Source: Planctomycetota bacterium (GTDB taxonomy: Bacteria; Planctomycetota; PLA2; JAEUHO01). From it: a DNA stretch of 64,000 nucleotides. The notes beneath the pieces were generated by a model that worked only from the letters and a program-made list of their open reading frames with translations, did no database searches and was not told the origin of the DNA. The stretch is taken from NCBI GenBank assembly GCA_965223505.1, contig CBDCWP010000040.1:47233-111232 (forward strand), read 5' to 3'. The position numbers and the translations under genes are program-made. This document shows, in pieces, positions 55,109 through 64,000 of the stretch; position 1 is the stretch's first letter; each line of letters begins with the position of its first letter.

Positions 55109-56353
55109 ATGCAGTCCAAATTCGAATGCCGCCGCTCGTCCGGCGAAGCGGGAATGATGATCATCGTCGTTTCGTTCGTGGTGATCCTCGTTGCCGGGCT
55201 CTCTCTCGGATTTCTTACGAACGGCATGGCCGAGCGCACGTCCGTCATCCATCACGAGACGAGCATGCATGCCCTCGAGATCGCCGAGATGGGTCTGGTC
55301 CACGCCGAGAGCCGGATCCGCGGCAAGCTCGCGGCCGACTCCGACACGCTGACCGACACGTACGCCAACGGCGAGTACGAGGTCGGCATCGAGCGCGACC
55401 CCGTGCGCCGTCACCGCTGGACGCTCAAGGCCAGATCGGGCAAGGGGCTGAGCGAGCGGCGTATCGAGGTCGAGCTGCGCGTCTTCCAGCTCGGCGACTT
55501 CACGCACGGCCTGTTCGGCAAGCAGTCGCTCGACATCCGCTCCACCTCCACGACCGACTCGTTCGACAGCCGGCTCGGCCCCTACCTCACGCAGGCGGTC
55601 AACGTGGACGCCTACGGCCCGTATGCCGACGCCGACGCCCACGCCGGCAGCAACGGCCCGGTCGGGCTGGACGGCACCTCAAAGGTCCGCGGCGACGCGA
55701 TTCCCGGCCCGCTGAGCACGACGACGATCGTCGGTGACTCGTCGGTTTTGGGCGACACCGTGCCGCTGGAGCAGGAGGTCCCGATCCCGGACACGCCGTA
55801 CGACGAGTTCGCCGCGGCGCTCGCGTCCAACAACAACGGCGAGATCGGAAACGGCCAGGGCATCCAGTACAACGCCGCGACCTACTCGTTGCGCGTCAAC
55901 GCCGGCGGCAACGTGGTGTTGTCGGGCGGTACGTACTTCTTCACCGACCTGATCCTCCAGGGCGGCGGCATGCTCACGATCAACGGCCCCTCGACGTTCT
56001 ACGTCACGGGACGGTTAAACGTCGGCGGCGGCCAATTGGTCAACCCGTCCGGGCTGGCGCAGAACCTGATCGTGAATGCGCACCCGTACGCGCTCCCGCA
56101 GGGACACAACCCGAGCGACCTGCAGTTGGTCGTGAACGGCAGCGCTTCGACGGCGATGGCGGTCTACGCGCCGGAGCGCGACATCATGGTCGACGGCGGG
56201 AGTCCGTTCTTCGGTTCGATCGTCGGTCGTAGCGTCACGCTGCAGGGCGGAACCCAGTTCCACTACGACCGCGCGCTGGGCGATCTCTCCTGGGATCGCA
56301 AGGCCCGGGTCGAGCGCGTGTACTGGCGCGAAGCCACACCCCCTCCGAGGTAG
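55109..56353 (+). CDS. PilX-N-like minor-pilin/tip protein candidate
   Basis: 414 aa. It has a short basic leader, then the hydrophobic helix GMMIIVVSFVVILVAGLSLGF without E5, and a large Gly/Asn/Thr-rich beta-type body. GAGGA lies upstream. Confidence 0.55.
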   Translation: MQSKFECRRSSGEAGMMIIVVSFVVILVAGLSLGFLTNGMAERTSVIHHETSMHALEIAEMGLVHAESRIRGKLAADSDTLTDTYANGEYEVGIERDPVRRHRWTLKARSGKGLSERRIEVELRVFQLGDFTHGLFGKQSLDIRSTSTTDSFDSRLGPYLTQAVNVDAYGPYADADAHAGSNGPVGLDGTSKVRGDAIPGPLSTTTIVGDSSVLGDTVPLEQEVPIPDTPYDEFAAALASNNNGEIGNGQGIQYNAATYSLRVNAGGNVVLSGGTYFFTDLILQGGGMLTINGPSTFYVTGRLNVGGGQLVNPSGLAQNLIVNAHPYALPQGHNPSDLQLVVNGSASTAMAVYAPERDIMVDGGSPFFGSIVGRSVTLQGGTQFHYDRALGDLSWDRKARVERVYWREATPPPR

Positions 56354-56359
56354 ACGACC

Positions 56360-57238
56360 GTGCGCACCCTTCTTCTCTCTCTGTCCGTCTCGGTGTTGGT
56401 GACCGGTCCCGCCTGGGCCGCGCCGAACACAGACGAGACGAAGGTGCTGACCGCAGCCGACGTTCGCAAGGCCGTCAGAGCGGCGCAGGACGAGGGGGAG
56501 CCGGCGATGGTCGCGCTCGCCGCGGCGCTCGGACGGACGGGGGGCCGGCCGGCGCTCGAGGGGCTGACGGACCTCTGCCTGCACAGCCCGCGACGCGATC
56601 ACGAGCCCGTGCGCATCGCCGCGCTGAAGGCCCTTGCGCGCGTCAATCTTCGCGGCGGCGACGTCGTCAAGTGCATCAAGTGGTCTAGGCGCGGGTCGTT
56701 GGAGGAGCGCGAGGCGGGCATCCTGGCCATGGGCGCGCTGGGCACGGGCCGGGACATGCCGGCGCTCCTCGAGCTCGCCACGTCGGAGGAGCCGCGCATT
56801 CAGCGCGCCACCTATCGCGCGTTGCGCAGTCTGACCGGAGTGTCGATCCCGAACGTGCACGCGCGTTGGCTTCATTGGTGGCGTTCGACGGTCAAGCGCA
56901 CGTCCGGACCGCTGCAACGCGCCCTCGCAGGCTTGGAAGAGGACCCGAAGGCCGAAGGCGCCAAGGAGCGCGTCGAGACGCTCGCGCAACAGGGCTGGGT
57001 CGACCCCGAACCGATCGAGGACGCGATCTCGGACTGGCTGCGGTCGTCGGACGCGCTCTTGCAAGCGACGGCGTGCCGGCTCGCGAGCCGGCTGCGGCTG
57101 GCGGACTTCGGCCCGAGGATCGCCAAGATCCGCGTAAGCGGGTTCGACCCGCCCGAGCTCGAGAAGGCGATCCGCGCCGCGCTCGCCACCCTCGGCATGG
57201 CGGAAGAGCTCGCCGAGCGGGTCAGCCGCAAGCCCTGA
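56360..57238 (+). CDS. Secreted HEAT/Armadillo-like repeat protein
   Basis: 292 aa with GTG start after GAGG. The signal peptide is MRTLLLSLSVSVLVTGPAWA. Repeated helical hairpins contain RIAALKALARV, RIQRATYRALRSL and LQATACRLASRL. Confidence 0.6.
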   Translation: MRTLLLSLSVSVLVTGPAWAAPNTDETKVLTAADVRKAVRAAQDEGEPAMVALAAALGRTGGRPALEGLTDLCLHSPRRDHEPVRIAALKALARVNLRGGDVVKCIKWSRRGSLEEREAGILAMGALGTGRDMPALLELATSEEPRIQRATYRALRSLTGVSIPNVHARWLHWWRSTVKRTSGPLQRALAGLEEDPKAEGAKERVETLAQQGWVDPEPIEDAISDWLRSSDALLQATACRLASRLRLADFGPRIAKIRVSGFDPPELEKAIRAALATLGMAEELAERVSRKP

Positions 57239-57246
57239 CGCGAACG

Positions 57247-59289
57247 CTATTCGCCGTCACGCGGCCTGTCGTAACGCTCGAACCACGCGAGCACGTGCAC
57301 GACCTTCGCGATGAGCTGGCTCGGCCGCCGCGCGATACCGTGTGAGGCGCCGGGGATGCGTACCAACGCGGCGTCCACCTTCCGAAGCTTGAGCGCCTGG
57401 TAGTACTGCTCCGACTCCGACATCGGTGTGCGGTAGTCGTTCTCGCCGGTCAGGAGCATGGAAGGCGTCTTGACGTTGCCCACCAGTGACAGCGGCGAGC
57501 GCTTGACGTACTCGTCGGGGTTCTCCCACGGGTACTGGGAGAACCAGTACTTGCAGAAGAAGTTCGAGTAGTCGGTCGTGAGCACGAAACTGTGCCAGTT
57601 GACCACCGGCTTCGCGATGACGGCGGCCTTGAACCGGTCGGTCTTGCCGACGATCCACGCGCTCAGCACACCGCCCCCGCTGCCGCCGGTCACGAACAGC
57701 CGCTCGGGATCGACGTAGCCCTGCTCCAGAACGGCATCGACGCCCGACATGAGATCGTCGTAGTCGTTGCCGGGATACGCGTGATGGATGAGGTTGCCGA
57801 ACGCGCCGCCGTACGACGTGGAGCCGCGCGGATTCGCATAGAAGACGACATAGCCGCTCGCGGCATAGAGCTGGATCTCGGCGGCGAAGCGATCGCCGTA
57901 GTTGGCGAACGGCCCGCCGTGGATCTCGAGGATCATCGGGTACTTCTTCTTCGGGTCGAACCCCGGCGGCTTGGCGATCCAACCGTGGATCCTGCGCTTG
58001 TCGAACGAAGACTCCCACCAGATCTCTTCGAGCGGCGCCAGCGACTTGTGCCCGAGCAGGTCCTCGTTCAGGCGCGTGATCACCTTGGGGCGATCCGGCC
58101 CACCCACGGCCAGATCCGCCGGATGGTCGGGCCGCGTCCGGGTGAATGCGAAACGACCGTTTCGAGCGACACTGAACTGCCCGCTGCTGTAGGGCCGCCC
58201 GAGGGAGAGGCCGCCGACGTCGGCGGCGAGCTCCTGGACGGCGCCGTCGAGGGACGCGCGTCCGACCTTGCCGTTGCCTTCGTTCGCGTAGAGGAACAGC
58301 AGGCCCTTGCTGTCGGCGGTCCACGCCGGCGCGGAGACGCTGCGGTCGAGCTTCGCGGTCAAGGAACGCGGGTTCGACCCGTCGCGGTTCATGACGTAGA
58401 GCTCGACGACCTGGAAGCCCTGACAGCGGTCGTCGAACCCGACGTAGGCGACGTACTTGCCGTCCGGCGAGACGACGGGGTTCTCATCGGGCCCGTCGCG
58501 TGAGGTCAGCGCGCGGATCGTTCCGTCGTCGACGGTCACCTCGAAGATCTCGTTGCCGTTGGGCCGATACTCCCAATCTTCGTTGCGGTTGGCGGAGACG
58601 AGCAACGCCTTGCCGTCGGGGGTCCACGACGGCGCGGCCCCGTGATCGAAGTCACCGGAGGTCACTTGCCGCGGCGTTCCCCCTTCGGCGGGCACGACGA
58701 AGATGTGCCGGAACCCGTCCTTCAGGTAGCCGGTGCCGTCGCGGCGATAGTGCAGGCGATCGATCACGACCGGCGGATCGGCCCACTCGGCGCCTTCGGG
58801 CTTGGGCGGCAGCTTCGCGAAGGGCTCCGTCCTTCGGCGCGCGAGCATCGAGAACGCAATCCACTTCCCGTCGGGCGACCACGCCAGCCCGGACGGTCCC
58901 TCGGTGAGGCTGGTGATCTTGGCGCTCTGGCCGGTGTCCATCCACATGAGGTGAAGCTGCGTCGTGTCGCCGTCGCTCGAGAGGTAGAGCAGCCGATCGC
59001 CCTCCGGCGACCAGCGCGGTGACGACGCGTCGTGATCGGCGACCAGCGCGCGGTGGTTGCCGCCGTCCGCGTCGATGATCCAGATGGTCGAGCGGCGCCG
59101 GTCCTTCATGATGTCCATGCCGTTGCGGACGTAGGCGATGCGGGACCCGTCGGGCGCGATGCGGGGATCGGATGCCCACTCGAGCTCGAAGACGTCGCTC
59201 GGCTGAAACGTGGGGGCCGGCTCGGGATCGGCGCTCCCGACGCCGGCGGGCGCGACGAGCAGAACGGCGAGACAGGCGAGAACGCGCAT
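57247..59289 (-). CDS. S9-family serine peptidase (prolyl oligopeptidase / acylaminoacyl-peptidase type) with beta-propeller
   Basis: Start at ATG 59289 with GGAGG upstream, giving 680 aa. The signal peptide is MRVLACLAVLLVAPAGVGSA. Propeller blades contain SPDG/APDG repeats. The nucleophile motif is VTGGSGGG, followed by ENDYRTP and GASHG. Confidence 0.88.
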   Translation of the reverse strand: MRVLACLAVLLVAPAGVGSADPEPAPTFQPSDVFELEWASDPRIAPDGSRIAYVRNGMDIMKDRRRSTIWIIDADGGNHRALVADHDASSPRWSPEGDRLLYLSSDGDTTQLHLMWMDTGQSAKITSLTEGPSGLAWSPDGKWIAFSMLARRRTEPFAKLPPKPEGAEWADPPVVIDRLHYRRDGTGYLKDGFRHIFVVPAEGGTPRQVTSGDFDHGAAPSWTPDGKALLVSANRNEDWEYRPNGNEIFEVTVDDGTIRALTSRDGPDENPVVSPDGKYVAYVGFDDRCQGFQVVELYVMNRDGSNPRSLTAKLDRSVSAPAWTADSKGLLFLYANEGNGKVGRASLDGAVQELAADVGGLSLGRPYSSGQFSVARNGRFAFTRTRPDHPADLAVGGPDRPKVITRLNEDLLGHKSLAPLEEIWWESSFDKRRIHGWIAKPPGFDPKKKYPMILEIHGGPFANYGDRFAAEIQLYAASGYVVFYANPRGSTSYGGAFGNLIHHAYPGNDYDDLMSGVDAVLEQGYVDPERLFVTGGSGGGVLSAWIVGKTDRFKAAVIAKPVVNWHSFVLTTDYSNFFCKYWFSQYPWENPDEYVKRSPLSLVGNVKTPSMLLTGENDYRTPMSESEQYYQALKLRKVDAALVRIPGASHGIARRPSQLIAKVVHVLAWFERYDRPRDGE

Positions 59290-59556
59290 GGGAATCCTCC
59301 GTGCGGGACCGCGCATCCTAGCGAGTTCGCAACGCCCGGGCGCGACCGGGTGACCGGGGCCGTCGGGCCCGCCTTCGCGCGCTTGTTGTCGTGGCTCGTC
59401 ACCGGAGGGCGCAATGTCCATCGGTTTGGTCACTCTGCCGTGGATACGAACGTCCGTAAGCCGCCAGCAAGGGCGATTTGGGGCCGCCGTGAGGGTTGGA
59501 ACGTCGTTCGCTTTCCCCCTGGCCAACACGTGTGTGTGTGGAAGGAGATCCGTCCT

Positions 59557-60234
59557 TTGTTCGGTTCGTTCCCGAGTGTCGGCCTCGCCTTGGCGGGGCT
59601 TCTGCTGCTGTCCTGGGTCGCCGCCCCGAGTGCGCACGCCGACAGCATCGGCATCGCCGACTCGAGCTCGTTCGCGAGCACGGGTGTGGTGTCGTTCTCG
59701 CTCGAGGCAGAGAGCGACGGCGCGTCGGCGGAACGACTCGCGCCCGCGGAAGCGATTGCGGCCGCTCTCATGAACGAGACGGCCATCGCCGCGGTGCTGC
59801 CTTCGATCGTGGAATCGCCGGAAACAGAGGACGGAGTTCAACTCGAGGTCGAGCTCGGGCTCGCGCCGGCGGGTCCCATGGTGTTCGGTGGCATGGGGTC
59901 GCTCGGCGGCGGCGGTGGCGGCGGCGGCATGCTCGGCGCGATCGGTGGCGCGAGCGGCGTGGCCGGCGGCGGCCCGGGCGGTGGCGGTGGCGGCAGCTGC
60001 GGCTGTCGGTGCTCGTGCTTCCAACCCGCGCTGCTTGCGGTGCCGGTTGCGCTCGCGATCCTGCTCTGGCAACCGTGGGACGACGACGATCCATTCGACC
60101 CGCCGCCGACGTTGACACGTCCGCCCGATGGCGACCCGCCCGACGGCGAGACGCCGCCCGTGCCCGAGCCGGGTTCGCTCGTGTTGGTGAGCGCGGCGCT
60201 GATCGGGATTCTCGCGCGACGCCGGCGTCTATAG
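59557..60234 (+). CDS. PEP-CTERM sorting-signal protein with Gly-rich core and CGCRCSC motif
   Basis: I place the start at TTG 59557, 9 nt after AAGGAG. The signal peptide is FGSFPSVGLALAGLLLLSWVAAPSAHA. The C-terminus VPEPGSLVLVSAALIGILARRRRL is a textbook PEP-CTERM signal. Confidence 0.7.
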   Translation: MFGSFPSVGLALAGLLLLSWVAAPSAHADSIGIADSSSFASTGVVSFSLEAESDGASAERLAPAEAIAAALMNETAIAAVLPSIVESPETEDGVQLEVELGLAPAGPMVFGGMGSLGGGGGGGGMLGAIGGASGVAGGGPGGGGGGSCGCRCSCFQPALLAVPVALAILLWQPWDDDDPFDPPPTLTRPPDGDPPDGETPPVPEPGSLVLVSAALIGILARRRRL

Positions 60235-60263
60235 CAAGACGTACGACGCCGTGAGCTCGTCGG

Positions 60264-61448
60264 CTACGGCGTCGCGGCCGCCGGGCTACCGTCGATCTCG
60301 GCGGCCTCGCTGCGTTCGACGAGACGCACGACGAAGATCTCGGGCGGCACGCCCAGTCGCATCGGCGGGCCCCACCAGCCGTGGCCGCACGTGGTGAGCT
60401 GGTGTCCGTCGCCGACCTCGTAGAGGCCGTGGTGAAAGGGAAACGCGAGGCGCGTGAGATACGAGAAGGGCCACATCTGACCGCCGTGCGTGTGCCCGGA
60501 GAGCTGTAGGTCGGCGCCTGCCGCAGCGCCCGCCCTCACGTCGTCGGTTCCGGGCGTGTGGGCGAGCAGGATGACCGGTCGCGACGGGGCGTCCTGGCCG
60601 ACGATCTCCTCGATCGGCGGAATCACCTCGCCGAACCGCGGGGCGGATGCGTCGGCGACACCTGCGACAACGAGTCCGTTGGGCAGCTCGACGCGCTCGT
60701 TCACCAACACGGTCAGCCCGGCAGCGCGCAGGTACCTCACGGCCGCCTTCACCCCGACGATGTACTCGTGATTGCCTGTCGAGACGATGACCCCGTGGCG
60801 CGCCTGGAGCTTCGACAGCGCGTCGGCGACCTCGATCATGCGTTCCGGCGGGTGATCGATGATGTCGCCGGGCATGAGAACGAGGTCGGGCTTCAGGGCG
60901 TTGATCTCGTCGACGCGTTTGCGCGCTTCGGCGCCGTCGACGAGGACGCCGGCGTGCAGATCCGCCGCGACGACGATGCGCAGCTCTCGAAGCTCGGGCG
61001 TGATGCCGGTGACGGGAACGGTCACGTGGCGAACGCGGGCGGCCTCGCGCGCTTCGAACATCGCGACGACGCAGAGGACGAGGGCGGCGGCGACACCGGC
61101 GAGGACCGTCCAGCGCTTGAGCGGACGAGGCGGGATGCGACAGGGCTTGAGCAGCAGACGGACGATGAGGAGTCCGAGGAGGATCCACAGCAGATGGAAC
61201 ATGAGTCCCATCCAGACGGATGCGGCCCAGTGGGCGGCGTGAACGACGCCTTCGGCAGCGAAGCCGTCGAGCCAGCGGGCCACGGGGTAGGAGACGGCGA
61301 GGACGACGAACAGGACGCGCAGCAGGTTGAGCGTTCGCCGGGACTGGATGCCGAGTGCACTGACGATCTGTTTGTAGAGGAACAGGTGGATGATCCCCAG
61401 GACGAGGAGCACGACCGACAGGAAGATGGCGAACGACCACGGGTCCAT
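60264..61448 (-). CDS. Membrane-anchored metallophosphoesterase (YkuE/YaeI-like)
   Basis: Start at ATG 61448, giving 394 aa. Four N-terminal TM helices are followed by AADLHAG, MPGDIIDH, GNHEY and GHTHGGQ. Confidence 0.85.
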   Translation of the reverse strand: MDPWSFAIFLSVVLLVLGIIHLFLYKQIVSALGIQSRRTLNLLRVLFVVLAVSYPVARWLDGFAAEGVVHAAHWAASVWMGLMFHLLWILLGLLIVRLLLKPCRIPPRPLKRWTVLAGVAAALVLCVVAMFEAREAARVRHVTVPVTGITPELRELRIVVAADLHAGVLVDGAEARKRVDEINALKPDLVLMPGDIIDHPPERMIEVADALSKLQARHGVIVSTGNHEYIVGVKAAVRYLRAAGLTVLVNERVELPNGLVVAGVADASAPRFGEVIPPIEEIVGQDAPSRPVILLAHTPGTDDVRAGAAAGADLQLSGHTHGGQMWPFSYLTRLAFPFHHGLYEVGDGHQLTTCGHGWWGPPMRLGVPPEIFVVRLVERSEAAEIDGSPAAATP

Positions 61449-61904
61449 GGATCGGGACGGTAGCAGCGCGGCGCAGCGGTTCGCGTTCTCGCACCGCCGT
61501 TCCTGGACATTCACGACCCCGAGGCTGGCTTCCTCCGTTCGTACTCAGCCGCAGAGCATCGTGGGTGGGACCCCGACTCCGTGCACTCTCCGGTCGACGA
61601 AACCGTCGGAAGAGACCCGGTACTGTATTTTGTGGGACGTTCTCGAGGTCGGCCTGCTTCGCATCGGTGGCGGTCTAACCGTGCAGGAGGTTTCCGAGCG
61701 CGCCTGCGTCTCCACAGCGACGGCGTACAAGCGTGTTCGCGCCCACGCTCAAGCGCTTGAGCAGGACGACTACGAAGACGCTGCAGCGCAGCTGATGTGC
61801 GCGGCCATTGAAAGAGACCACACGGCCCGACAAGTGGTTCGAACTCTCGACTCCCGAAAGGCGACTATCTGGGTCGGGTTCCGTATCCTCTTGCGGGCAC
61901 GAAG

Positions 61905-61931
61905 AAAAGGGGGCGCGTGGCGCCCCCTTTC
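61905..61931 (-). terminator. Rho-independent terminator after the Ig-domain lipoprotein gene
   Basis: A perfect 11-bp stem, AAAGGGGGCGC (61906-61916) pairing with GCGCCCCCTTT (61920-61930), encloses a 3-nt loop. On the minus transcript the hairpin is followed by UUUUCUUC. It lies 52 nt after the stop at 61983. Confidence 0.65.
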
Positions 61932-61982
61932 CCAGTTCGGACATGAACGACCGCCCGTCGGAACCGACGGCAGCCGGTCCCG

Positions 61983-63824
61983 TTAGCGAATCTCGATGGC
62001 GCGCAGATCGTCGTCGTTCAGGCCAGGCGTCTCCTCGTTCCAGACGATCGCGCCGCGACCCTTCGCGTCCGTCGCAATCCAAATCGAGTTCACGACCGCG
62101 TTCGGGTCATGCTCCAACACGGGGTCGATGACGGGAACCAGGCCACGACGCACCCGATAGGCCTCCATCCGGTAGTAGCCCTCGACCGGCAGGTTGTCTT
62201 CGATCGTGACCAGGACGAGCGCGCCGCCGCCAGGCTCGGAAATCGCGTCGAAGTGATCGCGACTCTCCAGCGGCCTGCCGACTCGCTGGGCCGGACCCCA
62301 CACGGATCCGTCGAACTCCGAACCGTACATGTGCGTCGTGCCGGGGAGGATCGCCTGCCAGAACGCCATGAGGCGCCCGTCCCCCGTGAGCAGAAGCTCG
62401 GCGCGGTTCGAGAGGCCGCCGGGGCTCGTGAAGAGCGGCGTCACGGCCCCCAGGTCGCCGGCGGGCGCGAGGCGACGAGCGTTTACCGTCTCGTCGTCGT
62501 CGAAGATCCAGAGGATCGTCGCCGTACCCGTTGCGTCGACCAGGACATCCGCGTAGGAGATCTCTCCAATGCGCTCCTCGATCAGTCGCGCCGGCTGCCA
62601 ACCGAGGCCCGGTGCGTACACGGCAGCTCGGAGGTCACCGGTGAGGCCGTTTCCGTGCGAACAGATGACCGTGATCTGCCCCGTCGCGTCGATGGCGGTA
62701 CGGCGACCGTGGTACTCGCCCAGTCCCGCCGTGACGTTGGTCGCGGCGCCGAAGCGCCCCACGGGGTCCCAACGCCGGACGAACACGGCGACTTCGTTCG
62801 TGAGCGTACGCTGGCTGGACGTGAAGTAGCCCTCACGAAGCTCGTTGATGCCGACGTCCGCGCTGAAGGGCAGGATGAGACCTTCGCCTGCACCGAGGTC
62901 GCGCACATCGGACCAACCGGATCCCGGAACGAAAGAGCGTCCGGCGAAGCGCCTCGTGCCGTTGTCGACGTCGGATTCGGTCCAGACAGCCAGGATGTCC
63001 CCTTCGTTGCCGAAGGCAATCCGTAGACTCCCGGCATCCTGTTGCGGATCATTTTCCAGGACGTCGATCGGAAGCCACATGCCTGTCGACCGCTGGTAGC
63101 GGCGCATGTAGACGTCGTCCTGGACGCCGTCGAACTCCAGCCACGCAACGACGAGGTCACCGCGGCCGTTCGTTTCGACCGCGCTCCCGAATTCTCGGAT
63201 CGCGGGGCTCGTGTGGATCGTGAACACCCCACCGAATCCCTGATCGCTGTCGTAGTAGTGAGCCCGAAGGACGTTCGTCGCGCCCTTCTCGTGCCGTACG
63301 TAGGCCCCCTTGCCATCCGGTGAGACCCGGAACCCGACAAGTCGCATCTGTGCCGGAAGCGCCTCCTGCAGGAGTGCGTCGCCGAACACGGCGTCACGCG
63401 TCGCGAACTCGAAGACGTAGTCGTTCGTCGCCTCGTTGCCGTCCATGTCGCGCAGACCCGCCGGGATCGTCGCCCGCAGGGGCGTGCTCAGCGGAAGATC
63501 TTCACCAGGCGTGAAGACGAGGCGCTTCTGGGCGTCGTCATATGTGACGCTACCGGAAACGGGACCATCGTCCGACTCGAGGACGATCGCCGCAGGGCTG
63601 ATGCTGGCGGGATCCAGGTCGTTTTCGAACGCGACGAAGATCGTCGCGTCGGTGGGGACCTGGTTCTCGTTGTCAGCGGGCGACGTCGTCACGATGCGGA
63701 GCGGGCCGACACCCGGCTCGCTGAAGCCGGTGCCGCCTCCGCCCCCACCGCAAGCTGCGAGAAGGACGAGGGCACTGAGGAGTGAAAGAAGCGTAGAGAA
63801 GGTACGGTTTCGTCGAGCGAACAT
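61983..63824 (-). CDS. Lipoprotein with an N-terminal SbsA/Big-like Ig domain and a large beta-rich body
   Basis: Start at ATG 63824, giving 613 aa. The lipobox is LLSALVLLAAC followed by GGGGGG. The Ig-like segment reads LRIVTTSPADNENQVPTDATIFVAFENDLDPASI...VTYDDAQKRLVFTP. Confidence 0.65.
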   Translation of the reverse strand: MFARRNRTFSTLLSLLSALVLLAACGGGGGGTGFSEPGVGPLRIVTTSPADNENQVPTDATIFVAFENDLDPASISPAAIVLESDDGPVSGSVTYDDAQKRLVFTPGEDLPLSTPLRATIPAGLRDMDGNEATNDYVFEFATRDAVFGDALLQEALPAQMRLVGFRVSPDGKGAYVRHEKGATNVLRAHYYDSDQGFGGVFTIHTSPAIREFGSAVETNGRGDLVVAWLEFDGVQDDVYMRRYQRSTGMWLPIDVLENDPQQDAGSLRIAFGNEGDILAVWTESDVDNGTRRFAGRSFVPGSGWSDVRDLGAGEGLILPFSADVGINELREGYFTSSQRTLTNEVAVFVRRWDPVGRFGAATNVTAGLGEYHGRRTAIDATGQITVICSHGNGLTGDLRAAVYAPGLGWQPARLIEERIGEISYADVLVDATGTATILWIFDDDETVNARRLAPAGDLGAVTPLFTSPGGLSNRAELLLTGDGRLMAFWQAILPGTTHMYGSEFDGSVWGPAQRVGRPLESRDHFDAISEPGGGALVLVTIEDNLPVEGYYRMEAYRVRRGLVPVIDPVLEHDPNAVVNSIWIATDAKGRGAIVWNEETPGLNDDDLRAIEIR

Positions 63825-64000
63825 TGCGAGTCTCCCAAGCACCCGGAGCAGGCGCTGGACCCTGAACTCCGAAACGGGACGCGCGGGGACACAGAATCCG
63901 GGTACCGAGTCATCAGGCGACATCTGGTGTTGACGAGGACCGCTTCGCAAAGCGGCGCAGCACACGTTGGGTCCGCATCAAACGGGCGAATTCGAGCCCC

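Noticed and set aside
59530-59540. (GT)5 tract as a phase-variation switch
   Set aside because: Five dinucleotide units are too few for efficient slippage. The tract lies upstream of the RBS rather than in a promoter spacer or coding region. It is kept only as a note within the PEP-CTERM finding.
1-64000. CRISPR arrays, IS elements, prophage genes and toxin-antitoxin pairs
   Set aside because: I scanned for regularly spaced repeats, transposase/integrase/recombinase motifs and small paired ORFs and recognised none. The only long internal repeat is the carH paralogue pair.

Overview
This is a GC-rich, GC3-biased, densely coding bacterial chromosomal window. I see no rRNA, CRISPR array, transposase or integrase. 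All family calls come from motif recognition by eye; no searches were run and the taxon cannot be assigned.

Core content, left to right:
- A minus-strand dcw cluster (mraZ-rsmH-ftsL-ftsI-murE) with stop/start overlaps.
- An ORF-poor gap holding an SRP (4.5S) RNA.
- A Rieske protein, a TlpA-like redoxin, an RCK K+ channel and tRNA-Ser(GGA).
- korAB 2-oxoacid:ferredoxin oxidoreductase and an FGGY kinase.
- A PHM/DBH-like lipoprotein coupled to an atypical thioredoxin-fold protein, then FKBP and an SDR epimerase.

More accessory-looking parts:
1. 18.9-24.0 kb: a divergent pair of clan-CD (caspase/gingipain/CHAT-type) proteins plus a small acidic/Pro-rich ORF.
2. 25.9-30.3 kb: two paralogous CarH-type B12 photoreceptor regulators bracket a minus-strand operon (FAD oxidoreductase + DUF523/DUF1722). 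The operon is driven from an AT-rich island with a near-consensus promoter.
3. 30.3-37.1 kb: a complete MoxR-DUF58-DUF4381-BatA-BatB/C-BatD operon with 4-nt overlaps and an in-frame BatB-BatC fusion.
4. 42.3-48.5 kb: three genes (sortilin/BNR-like, ECF sigma, Ser/Thr kinase-WD40) carry eight +1 frame disruptions. Every other gene in the window is intact.
5. A lipid-modifying trio, an orphan pseudopilin operon with a HEAT-repeat protein, an S9 peptidase and a PEP-CTERM protein.

Many long ORFs in the supplied track are Arg/Ala/Pro-rich antisense shadows typical of high-GC DNA and were discarded. Several real genes start well inside the listed ORF.
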